From assembly GCF_030144855.1 (NCBI RefSeq), contig NC_082720.1:77500001-77564000 (forward strand): a DNA stretch of 64,000 nucleotides, in the 5' to 3' direction. Source of the DNA: Hypanus sabinus. Lineage: Eukaryota. Shown one piece after another: positions 63,014 through 64,000 of the stretch (position 1 is its first letter; each line of letters begins with the position of its first letter). The notes beneath the pieces were generated by a model. It had not been told where the DNA came from. It did no database searches and saw only the letters and a program-made list of their open reading frames with translations. Position numbers and translations under genes: made by a program.

Positions 63014-64000
63014 TAGAAACATAGAAACATAGAAAATAGGTGCAGGAGTAGGCCATTTGGCCCTTTGAGCCTGCACCGCCATTCAGTATGATCATGGCTG
63101 ATCATCCAACTCAGAACCCTGTACCTGCTTTCTCTCTATACCCCCGATCCCTTAAGCCACAAGGGCCATATCTAACTTCCTCTTAAATATAGCCAATGAA
63201 CCGGCCTCAACTGTTTCCTGTGGCAGAGAATTCCACAGATTCACCACTCTCTGTGTGAAGAAGTTTTTCCTCGTCTCAGTCCTAAAAGGCTTCCCCTTTA
63301 TCCTTAAACTGTGACCCCTCGTTCTGGACTTCCCCAACATCAGAAACAATCTTCCTGCATCTAGCCTGTCCAATCCCTTTAGAATTTTATACGTTCCAAT
63401 AAGATTCCCCCTTCAATCTTCCAAATTCCAGCGAGTATAACCCTAGTCAATCCAGTCTTTCTTCATATGAAAGTCCTGCCATCCCAGGAACCTTATCTGT
63501 ACCTCCCTCTATGGCAAGAATGTCTTTCCTCAGATTAGGGGACCAAAACTGCACACAATATTCTAGGTGCGGTCTCACCAAGGCCTTGTACAACTGCAGT
63601 AGAACCTTCCTGCACCTGTACTCAAATCTTTTTGCTATGAATGCCAACATACCATTTGCCTTTTTCACCACCTGCTGTACCTGCATGCCCACCTTCAATG
63701 ACTGGTGTACAATGACAGCCAGGTCTCGTTGCATCTCCCCTTTTCCTAATCGGCCACGGTTCAGATAATAATCTGTTTTCCTGTTCTTGCGACCGAAGTG
63801 GATAACCTCACATTTATCCACATTAAATTGCATCTGCCATGAATTTGCCCACTCATCTAACCTATCCAAATCACCCTGCATCCCCTTAGCATCCTCCTCA
63901 CAGCTAACACTGCCGCCCAGCTTCATGTCATCCGCAAACTACTAGTTACATCTTCAAAAAATTCTGTAAGATTCGTCAGACATGATTTTCCTTTCACAAA
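63014..64000 (-). mobile_element. Young CR1 LINE 3' part (continues past window), same subfamily as 46300-47768
   Basis: ORFs 63152 and 63447; tail (TAGAAACA)n on + strand. Confidence 0.93.

Overview
Vertebrate nuclear DNA, most likely a cartilaginous fish (inferred from the repeat repertoire of CR1, Penelope-like, Rex1/Babar-type and tRNA-SINE families; not provable here). Two host genes lie in tandem on the + strand, in the same order I recall for human 5q31. ZCCHC10 is complete: four coding exons (1176-1216, 8675-8836, 12996-13034, 16327-16579) give 495 nt and 164 aa, with a CCHC zinc knuckle and a Ser-rich tail. AFF4 is present as its 5' end: a CpG-island promoter and probable non-coding exon 1 near 32.2-32.7 kb, a ~30 kb first intron, and the first coding exon at 62841-~62970. 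Most of the rest is decayed, often nested, transposable elements, and nearly all ORF-track entries are TE fragments or chance ORFs. I found no new protein-coding system. The most interesting items are: (i) minimal type I hammerhead ribozyme motifs on Penelope-like element ends, one sense-oriented in AFF4 intron 1; (ii) an AFF4 uORF in frame with the main ORF and separated from it by a single TGA; (iii) tandem in-frame splice donors at the first AFF4 coding exon; (iv) a near-full-length CR1 hit by a Tigger element with MER2-like termini and by two hAT elements, one carrying a solo LTR; (v) small repair or retrotransposition scars (telomeric repeats at a CR1-CR1 junction, a TSD-flanked bare poly(A)). 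There is a 179-N assembly gap at 50843-51021. TE boundaries without TSDs or TIRs are approximate.
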